Position numbers and translations under genes: made by a program | Origin: Camelus ferus | Lineage: Eukaryota | Length of the DNA stretch: 64,000 nucleotides | Assembly (NCBI RefSeq): GCF_009834535.1 | Contig: NC_045696.1 | Location: 117,058,001 to 117,122,000, forward strand | Direction: 5' to 3' | In this document: positions 37,159 to 50,091 of the stretch, in pieces | Layout of the letters: every line of letters starts with the position of its first letter | Position numbering within the stretch: position 1 is the first letter of the stretch | Notes under the pieces: model-generated | The model's input: the letters and a program-made list of their open reading frames with translations, nothing else | Database searches by the model: none | Told to the model about the DNA's origin: nothing

Positions 37159-38635
37159 GTTTAAGTGGATTCCCATGAAGTCCCCCAATACATTAAACAT
37201 AGTCTTTGGTAGATTTCACTCCTTTTGAAGACCAGACGGGAATATTTTGTTTTGGTCAAGGCTTCTAATTGCCATAGAGATAATCCTGAAATATTTTAAA
37301 CAGTATTATTTTGCAACTTGCTGTAAAAGTGCACCTTTCAATTGCTGAGTAAATCATCTTGAGTTCATGTGATTCATGTCATCAATTAAGCTCTTAGAAT
37401 CATTCTGAGAATTCACTGTCTGAGAGCACTCATTTACAAACACGACAAGCTCCAAGAAACACAATTACTATACATTTTCTCAAGGAAGGGAGTGGTGGCA
37501 GGATCGTAGACTGTTGATTTAAATTGTCTTCTTCTTTTTTTTTTCTTCTTTCATTAAGTGGTAATTCAACTCTTCATCTTTCGTGATTTTCTTCACTCAC
37601 TCCAGGCAATTATTGCTGGCGATTATGATGTTAATGAGTTATGCAGAGCAGACTGGAAAAAATGAAATATATTTTTAGGAAGTTAAGTTACTGGAAGCAA
37701 CAACGTGAATTCATGCAAAAATCAGGCATCTTTCTTTTTGTGCCTTGATTGATTTTATAAGTCAAGTGTTCATATGAATAGATAACCTTTGCTTAACACG
37801 GGGAGTATTTTGAAGAGAAATTTGCTCTGGTGAGCCATAAAGGGAGTCTTTTGTGAGATGACCTGTTCCGCATTGTGTCTGATATATATATTTTTTTCTA
37901 TTGCATAGGTTCATTTTCAGGCCCCCAAATCTAAGCAGAAGATGTGATTGACGTGAAAACCAGAACCCTCTTCTCAGCTCCTTTGTAGTTGAATTCTAAT
38001 GGTCTTGACATATTGCGGAATTGTTCACCAGGGTGACATAAAATACAGTCAAATGCACACACAGATGACAATGGAAAAGCAAACCCAGATGACAAGACAT
38101 GTCAATAGAATAGTTTCTTTTGCTTTTTTCTTCTTCTTCCTGTGTGACACAGCAATAGAAATAACCCTCCTCTCTGAATGCCTTTGATTCAGTGAGCTGC
38201 AGGCTTCCCTCTTGGATGAGGTTGAAATACTAGTACTTCACTGTCAAAACCACCTTTGTTTCTAAATTAATACCCGATATTTACATACTAATAAGATAGA
38301 ACTTAATACTTCAAAACTCTCGTCTTTCTTTGTTTCAGGCTTGCAAACTACTTTTATTCGGCGTAAACTTTCAAACCAATGTGTTGTTGAAACTATTATG
38401 CATCAATCATCCCGAAATTTTTTGATGAAAAGTTTGGGGAGAAAAGCAGGGAACTATTATAGATTAGCCACCTTTTAAAAAGATAAGAACATTTTAAAAA
38501 ATTCTATTATTAGGAAATATCACTTAAAACCCCAAAGGACAAAAATTTCGTAGGAAGGACTTGTCCTTAAGTAGATATTTGGGAAATCTTTGGACAAATG
38601 TAAATATAAATTTGTGTGATATAGATTATAAATGG

Positions 38636-38842
38636 CAGTGTTGTCCAAAAGCATTTTTGGACACGATAAATACATGCTATATATGTATTTTTCAATATGC
38701 AGTCACTGGCCACTTGTGGATATTGAAGACTTGAAATGTCGTAACTGCAAGTAAAGGACTGCATTTTTAATTGTACTTAATTTTAACGAATATTGTAGGT
38801 TTAGGTAGGCAGGTGTGACTAGTGGCTACCATACTGGATAGA
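38636..38842. mobile_element. MER3-like hAT-Charlie element
   Basis: cagtgttgtccaa...cactggccacttgtggatattgaagacttgaaatgt...tgtgactagtggctaccatactggatag. Confidence 0.8.
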
Positions 38843-38919
38843 AAATGGAAGTGATTTCTGTAATTGCATGTATTCCTGCTTTTCTCAGTTTACAGAGAAC
38901 CTGGTGTTTAGCTATGACT

Positions 38920-39940
38920 CTATTTTAAACTGCTTTATGGGTTTCATACCATCAAATCCACTCATTTAAAGCATAGAATTCAATGGCTTTTAGAATACTG
39001 ACAGTTGTGCATTCACCACCACAGTCAAATGTTTTCATCACCCTAGAAGAAACCGCCGACGCCTGCTAGACGCCAGCCCCCATCCCCAGTCCTCCCCACG
39101 CCTCATCCTTCCAGCCACAGGTAACCACGAATCTACTTTTTATCACTATAGCTTTGCCTATTCTGGACACTTTGTATAAACGGAGTCACAACATGTGTCC
39201 TTTGTGACCAGCAGTCTTTTACTTGGCACAATGTTTCTGAGATTCATCTATGTATCAGTATTCCACTTCTTTTTATTCCCAGATAAATGGAATGGACAGA
39301 CCACATTTTGTTGATCCATCCACATCTGATGGACTTTGGGTTCTTTCCACATTTTGCCAATTGCGAATGATGCTGCTGTAAACGTGCAGGTACAAGTTTT
39401 TGCGTGAACCTACATACCGTTGGTGTATACCTAGACGTGGGATTGCTGGATCAGACTGCTTTCCAAAGTGGCTGCGCTGTTTCACATTCATTCGTATTCC
39501 AGTGTGTGAGGGTTCTTGCTTCTCCACATCCTATCAGCACTTGTTATCTGTCTTTTTAATTATAGCCATTGTAGTGGGTATGAAGCTTCATCTTGTTTAC
39601 ACCAGACAAAATTTCCTCTCATTTTGTAGGTTCTTTTTTAACTTTCTTTTTTTTTTTTTTTTACTTTCTTGATGGTGTGTTTTGAATCACAGAAGTTTTT
39701 CATTTTGATGATGTCCATTTTATCAGTTTTTCCTTTTATGCTTGTGGGTTTTGTATTATATCTAAGAAGCCACTGCCTAATTCAAGGTCATGAATTTAGC
39801 GCTGTATTTTTTTCTAAAAGTTCTATAGTTTTAGCTCTAACATTCAGATCTTTGATCCATTTTGAGTTGATGTGTGTGTGATGTAAAGTAGGGTCCAACT
39901 TCAGCTTTTGCATATGGATATCCAGTTGTCCCAGCATTAT
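38920..39940 (-). mobile_element. L1MB-like 3' region
   Basis: caattcaatgg-type 3'UTR, ttgcctattctggacac, ggtccaacttcagctttttgcatatggatatccagttgtcccagca. Confidence 0.85.
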
Positions 39941-40240
39941 TTTTTTTCAGTTGTATGTGTAAATAAATATATATTTACATACAGATTATTTTCCATTGTA
40001 GGCAAGATATTGAGCATTGTTCCTTGTGTTGTACAGTACATCCTTGTTGCTGATCTATTTTATGTATAGTAGTTTGTATCTGTTAATCCCAAACCCCTAA
40101 TTTATCCTCCCCTGGCTCCCTTTCCCCTTTGGTAACCACAAGTTTGTTTTCTGTGTCTGTGAGTCTGTTTCTGTTTTGTATATACATTCATTTGTATTAT
40201 TTTTTAGATTCCACATATAAATGATATCATATAATATTTG
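39941..40240 (-). mobile_element. Younger L1 3'UTR fragment
   Basis: gtatctgttaatcccaaacccctaattt...ttagattccacatataaatgatatcat. Confidence 0.85.
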
Positions 40241-40289
40241 AGAAATAGTCACATAAGGCTAGTAGTTACTCACCTGGGCAGTGCAGCCC

Positions 40290-40550
40290 AATAACCCAGC
40301 TGCAGCCCCACTGGGATTTGTACCTGGACACGCTGGGATAGCTCCGAGGCAAGTTATACCAATTCTCTGAGCCTTAGCTGCCCACTGTTGGTTACCTGTA
40401 CACCACCCCCTTCCTTTGCTTTCTTCCCTTTCCTGTCTCACCTCCTCAATTCTCTACAGGTACTTTCTAGATTCACTTCCCAAATAAACTACTTGTACCA
40501 CATCCTTGTCCCAAGGTCCGGTCTGCTTTGGAGACACCCAAGCTAAGATA
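40290..40550 (+). mobile_element. LTR16/LTR33-like ERVL LTR 3' part
   Basis: cacttcccaaataaactacttgtacca...gtctgctttggagacacccaagctaagata. Confidence 0.65.
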
Positions 40551-40847
40551 CATCTACTCCCAATTCAATGTCTCTGATTTTTCCATTTACCCTTTTTGAA
40601 GCAAAATAGAAACATTAAGGGAAAGAGGGCTGGGAAAAACAAACAAGAAAGTACAACTGAAAGAACGAAAGAGTCAGCAGGGAAGACAAGGAGTGTTCTC
40701 CAGTGGTACCACCTGCTCAGAAGGGAGGAATTGGAAAGAACTGGCCCCTGACCATTTTGCTCCATCGACCACTTACCCTACCTCCAAAGCAACCCACAAA
40801 GAACACATATGGTTGCCTGAAACTGTTCCTGCAATGTAACGTATGCA

Positions 40848-41250
40848 TGATGGTTAATTATGTGTTAACTTGACTGCATCACAGTGTACACAGACATTTG
40901 GTTAAACATTATTTCCTGGTATGTCTCTTCTGGATGAGATTAGTATTTGCATCAGTAGACTGAGAAAAGCAGATTGCCCTCCCAAAGGTAGGTGGGCATC
41001 ATTTAATCCATCGAGGGATTGATTAGAACAATAACAACAAAAAAACTAGAGGAAGAGAGAATTTACCCTGTGCCTGACTACTTGACTTGGAACACTGTCT
41101 TCTCCTGCCCTTGGACGAGGACCTGCACCATCAGCTCCTCTGGGTCTCCATGCCTCAGACAGCAGGTTGTGGGACTTCTCAGCCTCCATGATCATTTCCT
41201 GATAATACATCTCTGTTGGTTCTGTTTCTCTGGGGAACCCTGACTAGCAT
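40848..41250 (+). mobile_element. MLT2-type ERVL LTR
   Basis: tgatggttaattatgtgttaacttgact...aaagcagattgccctccc...ggttctgtttctctggggaaccctgacta. Confidence 0.85.
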
Positions 41251-41563
41251 TGTATGTTAATTAAGGAAAGGGTCAGCTACAAATAATAGAAAATATGACT
41301 ATAGTCACTGAAGCACATAAGGTCAATTTGACCAAAGGATCAAAAAGTACAGAGGGAGTGACAACTGCTTAACAACAGTGCAAGAACTCAGATGTTTTCT
41401 TTTCTTGTGCTTCAACATCCTTCTGTATTCATGCTTGCTACCTCCTGGCTGCAATATAGCTGCCACACCTTCATCTCACATCCACTACAGGAAGAAAGAT
41501 GGTCAAACAGGAAGGAATGGTACCTATACTAGGAAATCTTAACTTTCCCAGTAATTCTCAGCC

Positions 41564-41699
41564 TTTTTTTTTTTTTTTTGATTGATGGAGAGGTAATTAG
41601 GTTTTTATTTATTTGTCTTTAATGGAGGTACTGGCGGTTGAACCCAGGACCTTGTGCATGCTAGGCATGCACCCTACCACCGAGCTATACCCTCCCCCC
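41564..41699 (-). mobile_element. tRNA-Ala-derived camelid SINE (vic-1 type), inside an old MLT1-like LTR (~41260-41850)
   Basis: Poly-T, aggtaattagg, gttgaacccaggacc...gagctataccctcccccc; TSD tctcagcc. Confidence 0.92.
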
Positions 41700-42370
41700 T
41701 GAATCTCAGCCACTTTTTATTGGCTAGGCTTGTGTCCCATGGCCAGCTCTACCTGCAATAGACTTTTTTTAGCTGAGTATGTTGCCACTTTGAACAAAGA
41801 AGAAGGGATGGAGGAATCAATATTCAGTAGACAATTATCACCATCTTCTACATAAGGTGAGCACAAGGACAACTCAAATTATTTCACAGCAGGGTTGGTG
41901 TGCCCCTTGGAGGTCATTTTAAAATCAGTTTCTGACGAATGGATCCTGAGATAGGTCAGTACAGTTCCAGGGGTCTCATGCAGTTAGAAACCCACCTCTG
42001 CTGTGGTGTGGGATGGGGGTTTGGGGAAGAGACTCTCCAACACCTATAACTAAGATGGACTAAAAATCTTATTAAGGGTAGCATTGTAAAGAAGAGAAAG
42101 GGCCGGAAGCAGAGCCAGAAGAAGCTGTAGGGCCTACTTAACAATCCAAGCAATGGAACAGGAAGGACTTTTCACCCAACTGCATAGCTGGCCAGACTTA
42201 ATCACAGCAAACAGAAAAGCTTTCAGGTGGGCCTCTCCAACATGATTTTCTATCTGGGGTCTAAATATAAGGCTGCATGACTTCATACACTGAAAAATGA
42301 ATTTCCCAGTTGAGCAACTGGACTGCAGGAAGATTGTCTTAGCTGGAGCATCCTATTTGTTACTATATTC

Positions 42371-42398
42371 TGTGTGTGTGTGTGTGTGTTTGTGTGTG
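42371..42398. repeat. (TG)n microsatellite
   Basis: Direct reading. Confidence 0.9.
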
Positions 42399-43956
42399 CA
42401 CGTGGGCATGTCAGGGTGACTGTCCATCCTAACATAAATGACATCTTCCAGGCCAGTCCCTCCAGAGTCAACCTTCACACCAATTCTCGATTTCTAAGGG
42501 ATGTCTTGGAGCAGGGCTGAGACATACTTTCCCTTGTGCTCACCTGCACCATTCACTCGTTTTAAGTAATGAAATCCCCAGGGAGACAGACCATCATGAT
42601 GTTTCTGTTCTTTTCTTATTTTCTGAAATATGCGCAGAGACACTTTTGATCTCTCTAGAGACACCAAAAAGTGTCTGTGGCTGGAAAGGTGATTCTTCTA
42701 CGTGTCATAATTTGTATTTTCCCTTTATGTAGCTGTATCTATTCCTACAGGTACAGCACACACATGACAATGTGGAAAGGTATAAACACAACTTTTTTTT
42801 TTCATGTAGAATTAAAGGTCTTCTGGAAAGTCATCGGAATGGCAATAAGAAATGCATACTCATGCATTATTAATCTCAGCTATAAAAAATGGAATTTACA
42901 GTAACACGATGTTTATTGCTTATATTCCTGAGATGCAGAGACAAGCCCCTTTTTTGCCAGGCGCTTTAAAGTAGAGCTGTTCTCACTCCCTGCTGACGGC
43001 ACTGCGGCATCAGACGAGCACCGGTGACACGACTCAGGGTCTTCCAAATGAATTTCTAGATTTCATTATCCAAAAAAATGGCCTGCCCATTTGTACTGCC
43101 TGTCTTTGTCCAAACCAGCAGCATGATCTGGAGTGACTCCAAACCTGTTTTTGTTGGGATAGCTCACAGATTACAGTGGGAGCCATAGAAGTGTATTACT
43201 GAGTTCCATTACATTATCTCACTGTTTCCAACCCCAAAAAAAATTCTAGGAAGAAGATTTGTGACTGTTGTTTCCTTTTGTTTGTTTTTCAAGAGATCTG
43301 GCAGATTCGTTTTTAAATTTTCCTGCTGAAACAGATGAGCATCATTGCACCATGTTTTTTGGAGATCTGGGCATGGGGACAAAAATTCTAGGTTTCCAGG
43401 TGTATCACCTGTGTTCTGGTCTCAAGACTGATTCAGATTTCCGCAGGAATGAGTACAGTTTGCAAACCTACCTGTCCATCATGTCTTCCAGGTTGCTGTA
43501 GGTTTGAGGTGGGTCAGTGGGTTTGGGCTCGATATTTCAGCCTAGACTTTTTACAAAGTTGCCCTCTAATCAAACATGCTTCCCCCTAGGAATCCCCAAA
43601 TGTAGGGCTTTAGAGTGGACTGATCATATGAAGGTGTCATTTTTCTAAAAATGGTTAAACGTAGACAATTCCATTTGATTCAACCTACGAATATTTTTCC
43701 CTAACTAGAAAAATACCCCTGAATGAAATATGACTGCCTCTCTTCCTTAAGAATTTACTCCAGAGTCCTGTCCTCTGAGTGGTCCCAGAGAGAGCACTCT
43801 AAGTCGTGTCCTAATTCTGGATGCAAGAGACCCAGTGCTGCATAGGAGGTTGGGCAGTTATGGCTCAAAATAGTTTTCTATTTTTGTAGCTTTAAGTGAC
43901 TTATTAATAGTGGCCACTGCATTACTCCTAGTGATTGTCATGGATTTCTATGATAT

Positions 43957-44063
43957 ATTTATTAATTTATTAACTTATTTTTAATGGAGGTGCTGGGGAT
44001 TGACCCCAGGACCTCATGCATGCTAGGCATGCACTCTACCACTGAGCTATATCCGCTGCCCCC
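43957..44063 (-). mobile_element. tRNA-Ala-derived camelid SINE, short form
   Basis: ggaggtgctggggattgaccccaggacc...ctctaccactgagctata; lacks the cctaattacc module. Confidence 0.9.
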
Positions 44064-44299
44064 ATGATGTTTTAAAACATGCTTTCAAATAGTCAGGGGC
44101 AAGATGGGCATATGTTCATCTTACAGGCAGGGAAACTGAGGCCAAATGTGAGTAGAATGCCTTTCCCATAATTTAAGCAGTGACAATGTCAGAGTCCCTT
44201 TCATTCAACCTCGAGTCCTTTTTTTGTGCTCACCTGTGCCTCCTCACTCTGGGAGGAAAACCAATTCTGTAACTGCCCACCAACAACCACGACGCTCCA

Positions 44300-44465
44300 A
44301 TCCCCACAGTCAGAGTTACTGAACTTCACGTCTCACCTCTAACATGGGAATAGCAACAATGTCTACTTCCCATGACTGTCGTGAGGATTAAGATGGTCAG
44401 TGCACGTGAACTGTTCAGAATAGTGCCCGTATGGGAAACGTGCTATGAGAGTCAACTCTTATCAT
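44300..44465 (+). mobile_element. MIR fragment
   Basis: ctcacctctaacatgggaatagcaacaatgtctacttcccatgactgtcgtgaggattaag. Confidence 0.7.
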
Positions 44466-45245
44466 TAGACTTTTTATCCAAAGCTTTCTGCTCTGGGAAG
44501 CTGAAACCGGATGGAAATCCTGCACTTAAATTTTACAGGAGCGAACTTTAATGTTCATGAAGTGAACACCATGAAAAACACAACCAAAGATTGATTATGA
44601 GAGGGGATATAGCATTCCACTCTAAGAGGGGTCTTATGTGTCTCCATTCAGGGAATTCATCCATATTCCCCTTTGTTTATAGTCTTATGTTGGGCTGTGG
44701 GATGATTTTAGGGAGTCATAAAAAAGCCAAGGTGTTTGTCAGAGCACCTGGAAGCAAGCCTACTGTGGGCAGGTGTCGAGGAACCATTCTCCATCCCTCG
44801 TGCCAGAACACCTCAGCCCTTTCCCTGCCACACGGCCCTGGGCTTGGACACATGGAGGCAGCCCCTGCCAACCCAGCAGGCTGTTTGATGGCTCGGTGTC
44901 CTAGGAACCGAGATTATGAGATGAATGCTCTGGCTGCATCCAAGACCTGTGAGATCAGAGCTGTTGATCTCTGGGCTCGTTGCATGATGGCCAGGGAGGA
45001 AATGCTCAAAGAGACTGTTTGGGGGCCAATGGGGAGCTTCTGGGTCATTACCAATAGGGTCCTTCTTCCAAAGATCGAAAACAGTACATGAGACTATTAT
45101 CAGTCTGCTAACAGATAAGTCATCACCATGGATAACGTCATCTGAATTTTACCATCCATGTGACTGTTGGCACTGCTGCTCTGTATGTGCATTACCAACA
45201 ACGCTGGATTCTTTGGTTTCCAACCATTTGCTTTTGGGTTTCTCA

Positions 45246-45441
45246 AATATAAAATAGATAAACGACAAGATCCTACTGTACAGCAGGGGAACTATATTCA
45301 ATATCTTGTAGTAACCTATAATGAAAAAGAATATGAAAACGAATATATGTGTGTATATGTATGACTGAAACATGATGCTGTGCACTAGAAATTGACACAA
45401 CATTGTAAACTGACTATACTTCAGTTAAAAAAAGAAAAAAA
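45246..45441 (+). mobile_element. Short L1 3'-terminal fragment with A-tail
   Basis: ctactgtacagcaggggaactatattcaatatcttgta...aactgactatacttcagttaaaaaaagaaaaaa. Confidence 0.9.
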
Positions 45442-46246
45442 TGTCTGGGTCTAACTTTTGAAGTTGGGGTAGATCCAGGCGTGGATCTTTCTGTCAGGAC
45501 CCTAGGAAGCAGGGGAGTCAAGCAGGTGCTCGGTGGGCCATGAAATGTCCAACCAGAAGGGGAAAGAGCCCGGTTCACCCACGTTCTGCTCAGCTGCTTG
45601 TAGAAATGCCGTGTATAGACAGTTGCTCTGGGAATGGAGAACGTAGCCCAGGAAGAGAAAAATTCTGAGGCCAAAATAAATGAAAGACTGTTATATTTAT
45701 GCTGCGATGGTCATGTTGGTGGCCTAGGTGGAGGGGATGGTGGGGCAGAAGCTGATGGGGTTTGAGAGGATGTGCTGAGGTGAGAGGTGCTCCAGGGTCA
45801 TGGAAGCTAGGAGAGTAGCATGTTTTTTTTCCATAAGGCAAAGAAAGGATCAGTGCATTTTCTTGGCTGTAGATATAATAGTTCCTTAAAGAAATGCATC
45901 AGGGCAGACAACAAACTTTTACATGTCAAGGTTGCACAAGAAAAGCGCCACTCAGGCAGAAAGTGCTCAGGCACATTTTTAATAAATGACATTTCCTCCC
46001 AATTTCTTTTCATGAATGAGAACTGGAGGTTAAGAAGAAATCAGCGAGAAAGTAAGAGAACAATGTTGAATTCTACATAAGTGGGAAATACGTTCCTCCA
46101 CTGAACACATATCAATAAATTTGCTTTTCTTTTTTGATGCAAGAAGCAAGATTTGGCAAAGGCTGGAATTCCTACTGATGACAAATAAATGGTCACCAGA
46201 GCCTTAAGACTGGAAAACTCAGTGTTCAACAAACCTAAATAGATTT

Positions 46247-46715
46247 ATCTATTTATTTTTATTGAAGTGTAGTCAGTTTACAATGTTGTGTTAATTTCTG
46301 GTGTACAGCATAGTGATTCAGTTATATATGCATATATTCCTTTCAATATTCTTTTTCATTATAAGCTATTGCAAGACACTGAATATAGTTCCCTGTGCTA
46401 TACAGTAGGACCTGTTGTTTATCTGTTTTATATATAGTAGTTAGTATCTGCAAATCTTAAACTCCCAATTTATCCCTCCCCATCCCCTTCCCCTGCTGAT
46501 AACTGTAAGTTTGTTTTCTATGTCTGTGAGTCTGTTTCTGTTTTGTAAATAAGTTCATTTGTGTCCTTTTTTTAGATTCCACATATAAGTGATATCATAT
46601 GATATTTGTCTTTCTCTGTCTGACTTCCTCACTCAATATGATAATCTCCAGGTCCATCCATGTTGCTGCAAATGGCATTATTTCATTCTTTCTTATGGCT
46701 GAGTAATATTCCATT
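46247..46715 (-). mobile_element. L1 3'UTR insertion with TSD
   Basis: Homologous to 870-1220; TSD taaatagattt (46236-46246) / taaacagattt (46716-46726). Confidence 0.92.
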
Positions 46716-46959
46716 TAAACAGATTTCTTAGTTGCAGAAATTCTCAGAGTCTTTTGAAAAAAAATGAATGTTTTACCAGTTTCTAGTAGGTGCCTACAGA
46801 GTGCATTCCCCAAACTTACTTGATAATAGAAATCCCTTTATAAGACCCGTCTGTAAGGAGTCATGTTTTCCCAACACGTTTTGGGAAATGTTACCTAAGA
46901 AATCTTAGCCATTCTTTATGAGCCTCGGGATCTCTTAATAGACCTCGTTAAATGGTAGG

Positions 46960-47140
46960 AATTATTATGTGTGAAGCTCTTTACACGTATTATTTTTAAT
47001 TTTTACAACTGCCATTTATGCAAGACATTATTATTGCATATTACCATTGAGGAAAGAGTCTCAGAGAGGTTAATGGCTCCGCCCCAAATCACAAAGCTAG
47101 TAAATGATGGAGCTGGCTTTTAAACACGGATCTGCTTTAA
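46960..47140 (-). mobile_element. MIR
   Basis: tgaggaaagagtctcagagaggttaatgg...aaatcacaaagctagtaaatgatggagctgg. Confidence 0.75.
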
Positions 47141-48337
47141 TCAACAGCCTTCTTTTTTTCTGCATAAATACAATTTCTCTCTGTATAAATACGGTTGAAT
47201 GTCAGGGTTCCTCACTCTCTGTTGGCTAAAGAAGGTGGTATTCTGCAGTCCCTTAGAAGTAATTATAACAAGGAAGGCCTTTTGATAAACTTCATGCTGA
47301 TTTAATAGGCGACTGTAGAAGGTGGGCTGATTAGGACAACAAAGGAATGAAATCATTCCCGATGAAGGAGGGAGGTAACCAAATTTTGTTGCTGAGTGAG
47401 ACTTGAAAACTATTTTCAAGGCTGCATCGATGCGTCACCTACTGGCGCTCCCCCGACTCGTGCTGTTACTTTCCCAGCTTCAGATTTGATTTAATTAACA
47501 CCAGCTTAAGAAAAGCCATTTGTGAAATATCCTTGCTCAAAGAAAGGTTCAATTGGAAAGCATCTTGGAGACTTTATTGAGCCAGAAGTCTCATATCCCG
47601 TGCAGTTCTTTCTTTGCCTCGAAATAAAAGCCTCTACGAAATTTTCTTATTCCCTCCACTCTTATATGTAAAGCCCGCCTTGTAAGTTTAAATCTGTTTT
47701 CCTATTTCACCTTTGCTTCAACTACATGAAATGCTTGACAAAGTACAATGGCCAATTTCAATGGCTTTTGCCTCCCCAGCCACACCTCTCTTGATAACGA
47801 GGGTCCTCATCTTCCAAAGAGATGATTTCTAAAGAGTTCAAGGAGTAAGCCTCCTTTCCTAAAGCTATCTAGTGCTATCAAGTTGAAAAAGAGGAAAAAA
47901 AAAAAAAAAAAAAAAACAAAAACAACCAACAACCCAAAACTCTCCTTTCCTTTCAAAGACACTGGGAAATAGTTTTCACTTTGTTTCATGGCCTTGGAAT
48001 GGCTGATCCTAATAAACTGTTCAAGTTTTCTTTCTTATGTGACACCATGAGTCGTTGAGCGTCAACTTTAACTCCTTATCTGGACTCTGCAGGCGTCCTA
48101 TGAATGTGGAATCTGGAAGCTATTCGATTGTGCCTCTGGAGGTCACTTTCCTGTTTCCCAGACAGCTCCCAGGTTGTGACCTCCATCACAGATTTGGGGG
48201 TATTCAACCAAAGTGGCTTTCCTCAAAGATTCTTCCATATTTACTGCAGTGGTTCTTTCAAGGGGGAGCAATTTCCTGTGAGCGGAGTTCGGAGAGGTTG
48301 GGGAAGAAAGGAGACGGTGACCTGGGGATATGAATAA

Positions 48338-48510
48338 AGTTCCCAGATAAAATGGAGACCCCTCAGTTAACTTGGAAATTCTGATAAACAACATTTTTAG
48401 TTTAAATCTGCCCTAAATCCTGCATGCGACAGGCTTATACTAAAGAGTTCGGCATTGCTATCAAAAATTCAAAGGTAACTGGCTGTCCTGTATTTTTATC
48501 TGCTAAATCG
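48338..48510. mobile_element. MER53-like palindromic hAT element
   Basis: cagataaaat...cagttaacttggaaattctgataaacaac...tttag / ctaaa...aaattcaaaggtaactggctgtcctgtatttttatctg; internally palindromic. Confidence 0.75.
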
Positions 48511-49511
48511 AAGACTTTAGAGAGGGAGAAGTCTAGACAGGGGGCAAAGGGTGGTCGTGAGTGGGAGAGGCTGCGTGTGGGCCTGAGCCCATCCTGAAGG
48601 CCTTGGAACAGAGGGAGCGAGAGGCGAGGATGACAATGTGTGTGGGCGTAAAAGGGGAGGAAAGAAATGATGCTTCCTCATTTCAGGAGTTATGCTTTGT
48701 GGGACCATTTAAGAAACAAAATGGAAATAACCGTCATTTCTACAGACAAATGCCATTAACATCAAGGGTTAATGTGTTACCCACATTGCCATCTAGAACA
48801 TCAGCCTTGAGCCTTTGTAAATTCTGAATTCAAACCAGTTAATTTGTATAAACTGTTTCTCTCTTTGTATGAAATAATGAGAGCAGAACCGTGTTTTGTA
48901 ACATTTCCTTTTTTAAAAAAATAAAATTGCGTTTCTTTGGAAAGAGTGGAGATTCCAGGACAGGCTTGTGTTCTAAAATAATAGCGTCTGCCCGGTCTGT
49001 TCCTCTTGCCTGTGGTCTAAGCACAGAACTGATTCTTTTGCAAGGAGACCCCTGAGCTGGTTTGACCTGGCAGAAACCTTCAGTTCCCTGAAACTAGTCT
49101 TCCAGACTAGGAAAAGCCTAAAAAAGATGATGCTTAGATCACTTCTGAGGGTAACTAGAGAGACGGGGAGTAAGTGGCTATTAGAGCAACAGGCGTTGTG
49201 GGAGGGGGAAATATTTCCTAGATAAGGAAAGAAAAAAAAGCCAGAGGCAGAGACTAGGAGAGTGGGGATGGGCCTACCTCCTGGTGGTGCTGCTCCCGCT
49301 GTAGACAGATGAGGGAGTGGGTTCTCCGAGGGCTGGTGGGGGAGTGCATCCCCGGAGTGGACGCAGGAGATTCCCCATCTTCCAGAACAGGGCAGATTGT
49401 GGAGCACAGAAAGGGCCAAGTCAAACCTGAAGGGACTCCAAGAGCCAGGCCCACAGCACCCCAGTCATAAGCGTCATGGACAAGTGATGGATGGCCCAGG
49501 GCCTTTCCCAT

Positions 49512-50091
49512 TTCTAGTGGGAAGGCTTTCAACCCTTCACTGTTGAGTACTATGCTGGCTGTGGGTTTGTCATAAATAGCTTTCACTATGTTGAAATATG
49601 TTCCCTGTACAACCACTTTGGTAAGAGTTTTTATCATGAATGGAGGCTAAATTTTATCCAATGCTTTTTCCGCATCTATTGAGGTGATCATGGGGTTTTT
49701 GTCCTTTCTTCTGTGGATGTGGTGTATTATGTTGATTGTTTGCTTATTTTGGACCATCCTTGTGACCCTGGGGTGAATCCAACTTGATCATGGTGTATGA
49801 TCTTTTATGTGTGTTGCAGGATTCAGTTTGTTAATACTTTGTTGAGAATTTTCGCATCTATATTCATCAAAGGTATTGGTCTGTAATTGTCTTTTTTGGT
49901 AGTACCTTTATTTGGTTTTGGTATCAGGGTGATGATTGTTTCATAGAATAAGTTTGGGAGTATTCCCTCCTCTTCAGTCTTTTAGAAGAGTTTGAAGAGG
50001 ATGGTCTAAGTTCTTCTTTGTATGTTTGGTAGAATTCCCCAGTGAAGCCATCTGGTCCTAGACTTCTGTTTGCAGGGAGTTTTTAAATTAC
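49512..50091 (-). mobile_element. Internal L1 ORF2 (reverse transcriptase region) fragment, degenerate, no 3'UTR or tail
   Basis: [41 protein letters not shown] matches the L1 ORF2p motif [24 protein letters not shown]; upstream sequence encodes KSLGPDGFTGEFYQTYKEE. Confidence 0.95.

Noticed and set aside
39050..39480. CpG-rich patches in L1MB as another gBGC tract
   Set aside because: Cannot be separated from CpGs inherited from the consensus without an alignment
44591..45091. Longest ORF (166 aa)
   Set aside because: TTG start, no recognisable domain, no splice context; length is compatible with chance in 64 kb
49254..49637. 127-aa ORF as a domesticated or chimeric RT protein
   Set aside because: Only ~41 aa are L1 ORF2; the rest is read-through into flank. 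The upstream L1 part is disrupted and the catalytic YADD motif is absent
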